Below are positions 1-10,672 of a DNA stretch of 64,000 bases, in pieces (position 1 is the stretch's first letter; every line of letters starts with the position of its first letter). The stretch spans positions 186,001 to 250,000 of the forward strand of contig NW_026515701.1 of assembly GCF_025526975.1 (NCBI RefSeq), written 5' to 3'. The notes beneath the pieces are model-generated. The model saw only the letters and a list, made by a program, of their open reading frames with translations. It had not been told where the DNA came from and ran no database searches. The DNA comes from Fimicolochytrium jonesii. Taxonomy: Eukaryota. A program made the translations under genes and the position numbers.

Positions 1-1221
1 CAGGAGGTTGCGGCAAAGTACCTTCGCAAAGTCCGCGAAACAGCCGAGAACTTCCTGGGTCACTCTGTAGACGGCTGTGTCATCTCCACACCTGTCTACT
101 TTGCCGACGCGGAGAGGGAGGCTTTGTTGAAGGCCGTGCAGGAGGCCGGATTCGGATCGGCGTACACTGTGCATGAGCCCGTCGCGGCTGCGTTGGCCTA
201 CGACAAGGTCGCAGAGTTGAATGCCGCCAGCAACGGGGAGAAGCTGACGGTGAAGAAAGACAAGCTCGTGGTGGTTCTGGATTTGGGAGGTCACCAGTTT
301 AACGCTACCGTTCTGTCCTCTAACAACGGCCTGTACACCATCATCGCCTCCGAAGATGATGAGCACCTGGGTGGAGAGGAGTTTGACGAGATCCTGATGA
401 AGTTCGTAGCTAGCGACTTCAAGCGCAAGACGAAGATGGACATTGGCAACAACCGTCGTGCCCGCGCAAAGCTGCAAAAGGCCTGCGAGCAGACCAAACG
501 AGCCCTGACGAGGCAGGACAACGCCCCTTGCTCAGTGGAGAGTCTGTTCGAGGGCCAGGACTACCACGGCACCGTCAATCGCATGCGATTCGAATCCCTC
601 GCCGACTCGTTGATCTCCCGCTGCATGAGCCTCATGAGACAAGTCCTGACCGAGGCTGAAGTCAAGGTCGAGGACATTGACGAGGTCCTCCTGGTCGGAG
701 GAGCCAGCAACATGCCGCTCTTCCACCGCGCCACGAAGAACGTGTTCCCCTCCACCACCATCCGCACCGATGTGGAGCCACAGGAAGCCACCGCCGTCGG
801 ATGCGCCGTTCAGGCCGGTATCATCGTCTCCACCCCCGCCAACCTCGACTACGCCGCCGCCTCGCAAAACACTGACGTCGTCAACGCTCAACATCTCTCC
901 CACCCCATCGGGCTGGTCCTCGGTGACGGCAAGTTCCTCCCTGTGCTCCCCAAGCGCGCACCCATCCCATCGAGGCGTACCGTCTCATTCGGCGTTGCTG
1001 AGGGCCAGAAGGAGGTCTACCTGCAAGTGTCAGAGCAGAAGTCGGAAAAGGAGTCGATTCTCCTCGCTGAACTTGTCTTGTCTGACCTGCCCGCTGACCT
1101 GAAGACGTCCGGCGCCACGATCGACGTTGTGTTCACAATAGAGAAGGACGGTGTCCTCACCGTCTCGGCGAAGGAAAAAACGAGCGGGAACGTCGTCAAG
1201 GCGAAGATTTCACGGAAGTAG
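1..1221 (+). CDS. SSZ1: Atypical Hsp70 of the ribosome-associated complex (Ssz1/HSPA14-like), 5'-truncated by the window
   Basis: Frame is open from base 1 (QEVAAKYLRKVRETAENFLG...). Hsp70 ATPase motifs HEPVAAALAY, VLDLGG, LGGEEFD, VLLVGGAS are present, with a short substrate-binding beta domain and no lid or EEVD, as in Ssz1. Confidence 0.85.
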   Translation, partial: QEVAAKYLRKVRETAENFLGHSVDGCVISTPVYFADAEREALLKAVQEAGFGSAYTVHEPVAAALAYDKVAELNAASNGEKLTVKKDKLVVVLDLGGHQFNATVLSSNNGLYTIIASEDDEHLGGEEFDEILMKFVASDFKRKTKMDIGNNRRARAKLQKACEQTKRALTRQDNAPCSVESLFEGQDYHGTVNRMRFESLADSLISRCMSLMRQVLTEAEVKVEDIDEVLLVGGASNMPLFHRATKNVFPSTTIRTDVEPQEATAVGCAVQAGIIVSTPANLDYAAASQNTDVVNAQHLSHPIGLVLGDGKFLPVLPKRAPIPSRRTVSFGVAEGQKEVYLQVSEQKSEKESILLAELVLSDLPADLKTSGATIDVVFTIEKDGVLTVSAKEKTSGNVVKAKISRK

Positions 1222-1608
1222 GAAGACGCCGACGTAGGAAGAGAGTAACGTAACATGTGGAAAAAGGCCCCCGAGTTTGCAACACCCACCCATAAACTAT
1301 CTTAGCATCTTTGTTTACACTGCCTTGGCGGTTTAGAATCCATTTTCGGTATAATTTACATCGTTGTCCCGCAGCTTCGACTCCTTGCGTTCCACTTCCG
1401 AAGTACACTCGCAATCACTCTCGCAACTTATTGGATATGAAAGACATGGTTTTGTTTTGGTTATATGTGAAGATGGACAGCTTCACAGAAGCAAGGGTGA
1501 ACTATCCCTAGATAGATATCGTCCGCCCCCTAAACTAGATGATTCGACATGACCAGAGCATCGCCCCTCATCCGTTCATGCATGGGTCACTTATGAGCTG
1601 ATATCGAT

Positions 1609-2506
1609 TTAGTGGGCACGACGGGACTCGGCAATGACGGCGGACATCTCCTCGACCTTTCTCTTGGCACGGCCGAAGGTACCGAGCTGTGGGGAGGAAA
1701 CGAAGGCAGATTTAGAGTACGCCTCATGGTGATAAAACCTGGATGGGCCCGCCTTCATAATTCTCCTAGATCCTCGCCCAATCTCCAACATCGACAGATC
1801 CCTCAGTACTACCACATCCCCATGCCATTCCCAAACTCACCCTCCTCTTGGCGAGCTTCCTCGCACGCTTGTCAGCAGAGTTCTTCAACAGCTCCATGAT
1901 CCGCTTCTCGTAAGGAGCGTATCCAGTGACTTCGCGGACGAGGTCGCGGACGAACTTGGTGCGCTTGGCCAAAGTCTGAGGGGAGAACCGGGAGTTTTGA
2001 GTTTTGTTAGTTTCCGACAAGGGAGGTTTGACTCGGAGGATAATGGGGAGTAAGTGGAAGGCCTATGGGACATCGGGTACAATCCCACTCCCTGGATCTG
2101 ACATTCCGTCAGCCACAACCACCCCGAACACCCTTCTGCCAAACATCCTTTTCCAACTTTCTCCGTGCCGTTCGGTACGAATAGAAGTGACCTGCCCACC
2201 AGCCCTTGTTCTCAAACGACTAGGCGCCAGCCTTCGATCAATGTCGTTCCGAGACCTCCTGCTCATTCCCAACCCCTCCGCTAGCCCATTATCGTGCCCA
2301 CTCACACAAACTCCTCCCCCTCCAGAAAACCTGCATAGCTTCCGTATGATCCCTCCTCTTCCTCCACCCCTCCCCATGCTGGTCCGCCGTAGAATGCGTC
2401 AACGTACCCCCTTGCGATTGACGGGCTTCGCCTTCAGCTCACGCCTGGTGGTGACGTGGCCCTTGTTGAGGCCGGTTGCGATGCCGGACTTTTGTGTGGG
2501 AGCCAT
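1609..2506 (-). CDS. RPL36: 60S ribosomal protein L36 (eL36), 3 exons
   Basis: Exons 2506-2408, 1975-1841, 1686-1609 with GT-AG introns give [17 protein letters not shown]...[28 protein letters not shown]...[14 protein letters not shown] (103 aa). Confidence 0.97.
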
Positions 2507-2842
2507 TGTTGAGTGTGCCGGTGTGTGTGTTCCCAGGAACTTCGACGAGGAAGAACAAGAGGGGGTGTGTCGGTGGGGCGAAAGGGAGTTGCTCTCGCCC
2601 GCTTTGCCTGCTTTTTCCTTGTTGCGCGAGGATGACCTTCTCACGTGACCATCTCAACTGAAACTTGGTCTTGACAGAAGGAGCTCCATTTGACATTCGG
2701 GCTTGAACAGGTGTAGGTCGCAAGACAAAGTACTAGAACATCAGCATTCTGAATAAGGCGAACGGTGCCACTGAAACGTTTTGAAGCGGCTGTATTGTCC
2801 GTCAAACCTCTCTTCCACATTCTTTCCTGAGGAATTCATAAA

Positions 2843-5800
2843 ATGTAAGCTATTCCACCTGCAGTTCTGGCTTCGCAACAAAGGTTCTAACTGAGCGCTT
2901 CCGTTCTCAGGTCACGTCTTATTGTGAAGAATCTGCCAAAGCACTACACTTTAGAAAGGTTTAGGGAGCATTTTGGCGAAAAAGGGGAAGTCACGGACGC
3001 AAAGCTTGTAAAAACCGGGTGAGTCCTTTTGTTGAGCCAGCGTATTCAGAGTCCTACATTAAGTGGTATACTCATCGCCGTCTCTTTTAACAGCGATGGA
3101 ACCTTCCGTCGATTCGCATACGTTGGATACAAAACCGAAAAAGAAGCAAAAGCAGCATTAAAGTACTTCAACAACACCTACATAGACACGTCGAAAATCC
3201 AGGTCGAATTCGCAAAAGCGATCGGCGATACGTCTCTAGCACGACCATGGAGTAGATATTCCCAGGGAAGCTCGGCACATGACCGGAAAACAGACGCGGA
3301 GGCGGCGGCGCAGCGAGCGCGCGAAGAGCGTGCGGAGAGGCTGAGGAAACAGAAGGAGGAGACCAACCATGACATGGAGCGGAAGCAGAAGCTTCTCAAC
3401 AACCTGTATGCGGATAAGGACGACTCGAAGCTGAAAGAGTTCCTCGAGGTCATGAGGCCACGGGCGGCCGCCCGAGGCAGGACCTGGGCTAACGATGAAG
3501 TGACTGGATCGGAGGAAGCTGTTGGGAAGGGGAAGCCTAAGGTCCAAGCGAAAGTGTTGGCGGTTGCGAACAAGAAGACCGGTGGAGACGGAATGCTTGT
3601 GACGAAAACGCACGTCACGTTTGAGGACTCCGAAGATGAGTTGTACGATGAGCTGCCTCCCAAGCAAGACGCGGCGAAATCTTCATCCACAACGAACGAG
3701 AAAGCTGGTGACGACGAGGAGGAGGGGCCAGAGGAACCAGCTGACTCGGTGGCGCATGACAGCGGCATGTCCGATCTGGAGTATATGCGCTCAAAAATGA
3801 AGGCTTTGGCGGAGCCGGATGCTGAGGAGGCAGAAATGGAAGAGGAAGGGGAGGCGGACGCTGCTATTGCTGAGGAGGAGGACACAATGGACGTAGATGA
3901 GCCGGCAGAAAATGCGTTACCGGCTGCTGAAACCGACAAGCCAGCAGAAACGGTACCAACGAATGCCACGGAGCAGATGAATTCTGAGAGGCAAGCCCTC
4001 CTGGAAGCTACAACGCCGAACTCCTTCAATTCTCACAGTCCGGCGAGAGACATCCCGCCTGCTGAGATTATTGCCGATACCGGACGTCTCTTCGTGAAAA
4101 ACTTGGCCTACAGCTGTACGGAAGAGGATCTTCACAAAGCTTTCGAGAAATTTGGACCGTTGTCGGAGGTATGCGTGCACAGTACAGCTGAACCAGTTTC
4201 CCCTTGGACAAAGGCTAACCATTCATCTTTAGGTTCACATACCTATCGATAAGATGACCAAGAAACCCAAGGGATATGCGTTCATTCTTTTCCTGATTCC
4301 CGAACATGCAGTAAAAGCCTTCACAACGATGGACTCTCAGATCTTCCAGGGTCGTATTCTGGATATCCTCCCCGGAAAGGAAAAGCCAAGAGCAGAAGAG
4401 GAAACCAGCGAAGGCCCAACATCCTTCAAATCGCAAAAGGAAAAGCAACGGAAAGCCACCGCAGGCAACGAGTTCAGCTGGAACAGTCTGTTTATGAACA
4501 GCGATGCCGTAGCTGAAGCAATGGCGAAGAAGCTCGGCGTGCGGAAAAGCGAGATTCTGAACCCGGACGCCGAGAACATGGCCGTGCGGTTGGCGCTTGC
4601 GGAAACACACATCATTGCGGAGACGAAGAAGTACTTGGAGGATGAAGGAATCGACTTAAATGCGTTTGAGAAGAAGAAAACGAGGAGCAAGACTGTGATT
4701 CTGGTCAAGAACATCCCGCATAGCACTGAGGAGGAGGAGTTGCGGGAACTGTTTGGCAAATTTGGGGAGATTGGTCGTGTAAGTAAGATTGTGGCCCCTT
4801 TTACTTGGTCATAGCGAAGTCTAACTCGTTTCTCTGCAGTTGGTCCTCCCACCAACAAAAACGGTCGCTCTCGTGGAGTTCCAGCAGCTCAACGAAGCAA
4901 AATCAGCCTTCTCCCGTCTGGCCTATACCAAGTTCAAGCATCTGCCATTGTACCTCGAGTGGGCGCCAGTCGGCACTTTCACATCCGAGTTTGATGCAGC
5001 AAAGGAGACAGAGAGAAAGACGCAGAAGGCTTCTGCGTCTTCTGCGCCAAGTGTACCTGAAGAACCAGTGTCAGCTCCCGAGGAAGAAGAAGAAGAGATC
5101 TCCAAACCGGGCGCAAAACCATTAGTAGATACTACGGCAGATGCGACAGTGGAAGACCCGGACGGTATGCCCGTTGCAACACTGTTCGTCAAGAACCTCA
5201 ACTTTGACACGACGGAGGCTGGGCTGATGGATGCGTTCGGTGGACTTCGAGGACTGCGATCGGCTCGCGTGGCTACGAAACCGGATAAGAAGACCGGTGG
5301 GAAACTGTCGATGGGTTTTGGGTTCCTTGAGTTTGCGACGAAGGAGGATGCTGTTAGGTGCATGAAGTCGATGCAGGTATGTTATATTCCGAAGAGTCGA
5401 ATATTTGCGCTGGAGTCCGCAAGTCCTGACGACTGTTCCATCCGTGTGCAGAACTTCGAACTTGATGGCCATAAGCTTCAGCTGAAGTTCTCGAATGCCG
5501 CAGCGAAGAGCACAACGCAATCAAAGAAGCGCGGGAATGATGACCCCATCAAGGTCACCGGCACGAAGCTGATTGTCCGCAACATTCCGTTCGAAGCCAC
5601 TAAGAAGGATCTTCGCCAGCTGTTCTCGTAAGTAACCTATTTCATGTTTCCTTATGCTGATTACCTACTCATCCGTCAACCCCCTTCTTCACAGCACATT
5701 CGGGCAACTCAAATCCGTCCGCATCCCCAGCAAAATGGACGGCCAACACCGCGGTTTCGGATTCATCGATTTCCTCACCAAGCAGGAAGCCAAATCCGCC

Positions 5801-5983
5801 TTCGAGTCTCTCGCGGCAACGCACTTGTATGGACGCCACTTAGTGCTCGAGTGGGCGGAAGATGAGAATAGCGTTGAGGCTATGCGGAGCAAGACTGCTA
5901 AGGGTTTCGTTGGGGATGGTGGCCCGAATAAGAGGCGTAAAATTGTGCTGGATGAGGAAGAGGATGATATGGAGGCGGATTAG
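2843..5983 (+). CDS. MRD1: Multiple-RRM rRNA processing protein Mrd1/RBM19, multi-exon
   Basis: Spliced N-terminus [11 protein letters not shown]; RRMs with [39 protein letters not shown]; conserved [11 protein letters not shown] and [10 protein letters not shown]-terminal [13 protein letters not shown]. Confidence 0.95.
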
Positions 5984-6404
5984 AACACGGTGTTGTCTTG
6001 ACCACTCCCCAATTTTGCAAGTATGTATGTAGGTTTCATAAATTATCCATAAATTATAGCATTACATAGTTTCGACCACGCACGCAATTACATTTGGACA
6101 TGGCAGGCAAAGCATCTACTTGTTCAAGTAATCAGAAAAGCATTCGTGAAATCAGCGGGAGGTCCTCGACTTCCGATGAGGAACTGTTGGGATGCTTGGC
6201 AATGAATCCTATACACCATGGTGGTCAGCTGCTCATATGACTTTCCGATGTGAACTCTGTTCAACAGTGTAACTACATCACAAAGAAACTACGACAAGCT
6301 ACGCTGGATAGACTACTACAAAGCGATGGTGCACCTAAACACTAACTTTTTGGGATTGCTTGCCGTTCCATCGCATGAGATGCCGACATCCCCCCTAGCA
6401 GCGA

Positions 6405-7553
6405 CTACTCTTCGAACCGTTCTATGGCTCTAGCCCTCGAGTAAGCGTCCAGTAAATGCATAAACTGATCTACATGAGGCGGGGAGGGCATGTTAAGGTA
6501 GCGACCTTTCATGCGCAACCTGAACAGATCCGCCCAGCCGAGATCAATGATGACAGCGGCAACCACGACTTTCTCCCCGCGCGCGTCCACAACGTAGTGC
6601 ATGGTGTGGGCGGGAATGTGCTTGTTGCGGGTGGTGCGAGCGGATGCGGAGACCGCAATGTGGGGCGACTCTTGCGCCGTGAAAGCTGCCGTTTCCGGCG
6701 GGGGCTGGATCAAGAACATGCGGCTATTGTCGGGTCGGGCGACTTCGACCCGTCGCGGCTCGCAGATCTCGACGCACCATACGTTCGGGAGGACGTTCCA
6801 TTGTCGCCGGAGCGAGATATTGCCGGGGTGGAGGTAGCTGAGGAGCCAAGACGGGAATTTGTAACCGCGGTTGCGGAGACCGGCAACGTATGCTTGAAGA
6901 ATGGCGTTGCCTTGCGATAGCATGTCGGCAAAGCAGTCCAGCATGCGGCAGGCTTGTTGGCTTTGGCCGAATTGCACTATGTCCGGGGACATCTGGAATG
7001 CGAACGGGTCGGGTTCTGGGTCTCGGTCCAGTCTGCGGCTCTGCTCGCATTCCCAACAGTCGACGTTGGACGGTGGTTGTTGGGGATCGAAGTACCCCGG
7101 CTCGTTGATGAGGTACGGGGCTGTAGTGATAGCCATGCATTCGTGGAAAAGATGGAGGCTTGGGGAACGAAGGTGGGCGGCGAGCCGGGATATATGCGGG
7201 GGAATGATAGGCAAGAAGCGTAGTCGGAAACTCGTAGGTACAACCTCCTTCCGTTCCGCTGCTTTCCCTATCGCCAGGGTCTCTTCCTCTTCCGTCTCAA
7301 ACAGATCCGAGGTGATATCGTGACCATCACCCTGCGGCGTGACGATTCTCCAGATATCGTGACAATGGTAGTGCCACGCATTTACTTGGACCGCCAGCAG
7401 TTCTCTCTTGCCGCGAAACCTTCGAAAGATTTCTCTTTCCGCGTACTTCTTATGCGCTCTGCTGACGCCGCGAAGGGTCGTCAAAGGCTTAAACGAGACC
7501 AGCTTGAAGATAGCGATATCGAGCTCCGGGGGGAGTAATGGGCTGAAGAGCAT
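6405..7553 (-). CDS. F-box-like protein of unknown function (intronless)
   Basis: ~380-aa ORF whose N-terminus LLPPELDIAIFKLVSFKPLTTLRGVSR fits the F-box pattern LP.E...IF..L....L..L..VSR. The remainder was not recognised. Confidence 0.6.
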   Translation of the reverse strand: MLFSPLLPPELDIAIFKLVSFKPLTTLRGVSRAHKKYAEREIFRRFRGKRELLAVQVNAWHYHCHDIWRIVTPQGDGHDITSDLFETEEEETLAIGKAAERKEVVPTSFRLRFLPIIPPHISRLAAHLRSPSLHLFHECMAITTAPYLINEPGYFDPQQPPSNVDCWECEQSRRLDRDPEPDPFAFQMSPDIVQFGQSQQACRMLDCFADMLSQGNAILQAYVAGLRNRGYKFPSWLLSYLHPGNISLRRQWNVLPNVWCVEICEPRRVEVARPDNSRMFLIQPPPETAAFTAQESPHIAVSASARTTRNKHIPAHTMHYVVDARGEKVVVAAVIIDLGWADLFRLRMKGRYLNMPSPPHVDQFMHLLDAYSRARAIERFEE

Positions 7554-8358
7554 GATGCTGATCGGATGGATTGAACTCTTGGGAAAAAGTTTTCCGGTCG
7601 AAGCAAGTATTGCTTGAAGGTGTTGACGATGAAGGCTGCAACGATGCAAACTGTAAACGACGATGGGGAAAGAGCTTTATATATGCCAGAAAGTATCTTG
7701 GCTTTGGAGAAATCTTTCCTGTTGAGGCGTCTGCGGCGTCGAGAAGAAAATATCCTTCCTCAAAGTCTCCGGGACGGGGCCAACTCGGTATTTATGGGAC
7801 ATAGACACAAAAGACAGAATCAGTAAACAGCGGAGGGAGAATAAACCAGCGAAAGTGGCGATGGCACCCCGGGTTCTCTATTGGCTTGGCCAAAATACGA
7901 AAAGGGTTGAGCAAGATCGTCATAGCAGCTCGTTCCCTGTCGACATCAAGCTTGGCTGGCGGGAATGCCTTTTGGGGACTCGAATGACAGGCACAGCCCA
8001 AAAATCTCCGGAACAACACGCTGTCAATCTGTTACGTGATGCTGTCTCGGGCGCAGCACACTGATCGCCACAATTTTTGGACCTGACAAATTCTGGCCAT
8101 GAGAAGCTTTGCTTTTCAAAAGGTGTGGAGACAAATGACGTTCATGCGGTTCTGAGTCATTCTTCCTTCTGATCAAGCTTAGCCAAAGGTATTTGCGCAA
8201 TGTACAAGGAGCCTGGAGCCCTGATTGTTCCCTGATTGTTCCCAGCAACTTCAACTTTGATATCTCCTCCGTACTCAATATGTGACAGACTTTCATGATT
8301 AAACGTATGTATACGCCCCAAAAAGAGACTCCTTCTACTGCGCCAATACGCCTTCACT

Positions 8359-10181
8359 CTAGCCAAAGAGCATGTTGGCAGCAGCATCCGCATTACCGCC
8401 AGCGGCATCCAGCGCCTGCAGGGCCTCTCCCCGCGATATTCCCAGATCTGTCAGCAGCTTGATTTTCTCTTCGGAATGCCGTGCACTACCACCGGCGGCA
8501 GGCCCTGCGGTCGCCGGGGCATTGGACTGAGCTGGAGCCTGAGATGCTGACGGCGCTTGGCTTCCGGGCTGACCAGAGACACCAGAAGGCGGGATTGACG
8601 GATGTAAGGCTGTGGGAGGGTGGACTGCTCCTACGTTCAGAGGCTTAGGTTCAGTGTCTCCGAAATGGAAAACCGTCCATCGTAAGAAAAGCACATACCT
8701 TGTGAGGTGGACTCCGTCTCGGTTGGTGACTTCCCTTCTTCCGCTTCGAATCTAGCCTTGGCAGGCAGTTCATGCTCTGACAAAAACCGGACTTCTTCAC
8801 CGTGAATACGCAACACGTTCTTCTCCAAATCAATGATTGCCTGATGCCGCTTCAACATGTCCAGCCCAAACAGTAGATCCACTCCTTTGCCCTGCAACCG
8901 ACGGTGTGAGCAACACAGTAGGGAACAAGAGTTCCGCGCTCAAACTTGTTACCTCCATGATCGTGAAGCTGCAAGGCAGAAATTGCTTTCCAATCTTCAT
9001 TTGCGCCGAGTGAATGCGGCCCAAGATCTTGGCGGTTCCAACTCCCTGGGCGATTCCAGAAAAGCGGACATCCAGGAGGTGCATGATGTTACATTCCTCG
9101 GCCAAGGCTGGGCTCATGATCGTGGCCTGTGCACCCGAATCGACAAATGCTTTCACCGGGCGGCCATTTACTTCAGCATCAATGTACAGCATTACGACCT
9201 GCCCCGCGATGCTGTCGTCAGTATCGAGATCGCCACTCGTCGAATAGGGAAGGATGATGTACTCACGTTGCCGAATGACTCCGGATGATACTCCATCGCG
9301 TTCTAAGGAGAAGTCCCTTCGTCAATGATCGCTCGCACGAGATCTGGAAAAACGTGCACCAACCTCCATGTTCTGAGCAATATTTTGCTGCCGAATAGCT
9401 TCCTCAATCCTCTTCTGCGCCTCGGCATCAAACGGATCCGAGTTGTACAGCATTTCCTGGAACCCCACCCGCAATTAGGCCTCGTTGCAAATGTGCTACT
9501 TCCATGCAGCATCTCCTAACCTCCTGTTGCCGTTGCCTCTCCTCGAACTCACGTCGACGCGATTCGAGCTCGATAAACATCTGCCTGAAGGTGACCGGGT
9601 CATTTTGCGCGGCGGCAGCAAGTTGGGGATTCGACTATATGATACCGCATGTCAGCCACTACAATCGGACAAGAAGATGTTGAATGCTCGCCATATCAAA
9701 CGAAACGCACCTGCTGCAGCTGTCGCAACATATGTGGATCAGCGAGAATCTGGTTTCGGACAACCTCGGCAGTTTCTTGTGGCGATCTAGCTGCTGCCCG
9801 GGAATGCCCGCTGGAAGGAAGAAGAAGGGGTTTGAACGCGCAAAACAACAAGCGATGCGACCGGAGAGAGATTCCACGTACGCGGCAGCTGGTGGGGCAC
9901 CTCGCACCAGAAGGATGTCATCCTGCCTGATGCCCGCGCCGAGTATGCTTTTTGTCATATCGGTCAGCTGGGCTCCGTTGTGGTAAATGGCCTGCTGCTG
10001 AGTTGGGATGCTCATCTCGGCCTCGATAAGTGCCGCAAGGTTCACCAGCTATTGAAAGAACGGGTATTAGCCGTGGGAATGCGGTGCTGTGAAAGTTTCC
10101 TCAATATGTATACACCTCCATTTGGCCGTCGACATCGAGCTGGTGAACGTCGCCGACGTCGTTCGTAACGTGGATCCTCAT
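8359..10181 (-). CDS. DDI1: DNA-damage-inducible aspartyl protease / ubiquitin receptor Ddi1, multi-exon
   Basis: N-terminal UBL (MRIHVTND...NLAALIEAE...QQAIYHNG), retroviral-protease-like domain [27 protein letters not shown]...[13 protein letters not shown], and C-terminal UBA ([31 protein letters not shown]). Confidence 0.95.
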
Positions 10182-10672
10182 TATGTTCGTGAGCAGCGAA
10201 TCGATACTAGAGAAATGCTAAACTATCGAGGTCCTTCCGAAGTCCTTCTTAATTACGTACCGTCTGGTCTCGGAAGTATTGATTCTGCTGCTGGATGGAC
10301 TGTTCCGGGACGCAAATGGATTCAATGGAACCAGCTTGCTTTTGAAACGTCACTTGTCGCGTCCAGGTTGTGACACATCCGCTCGCCAGATCGCAACACC
10401 CATTCCCGGACAAATACGTTTCCAGAGTAGGGTAAGCTGGTCAATTCAAAGCAAGTGCTGCGATGGCAGTCAACGGGAATGAGAATGGGCATGTACACGG
10501 CATTGGCATTGGTATATCAAAGGAAAATGAAAAGGGACGACCTCTGCACATCGATTAACAGAAAGATGGCGGGAAAGTAAACTCTCTTCCGATTGCCATA
10601 GATCTAGCGACTACATTACAAAATGTGCGCCACAGGTGCAACTTGGTAACAACAGAATGACTCTTCTGGATC

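Noticed and set aside
1976..2407. Long RPL36 intron (and the 328-nt SmD3 intron 22444-22771) as snoRNA hosts
   Set aside because: No convincing C/D box pair with a terminal stem was seen on the sense strand, and H/ACA RNAs cannot be judged by eye.
8219..8243. 11-bp tandem duplication CCCTGATTGTT
   Set aside because: Only two copies in 3'/intergenic sequence; ordinary slippage.
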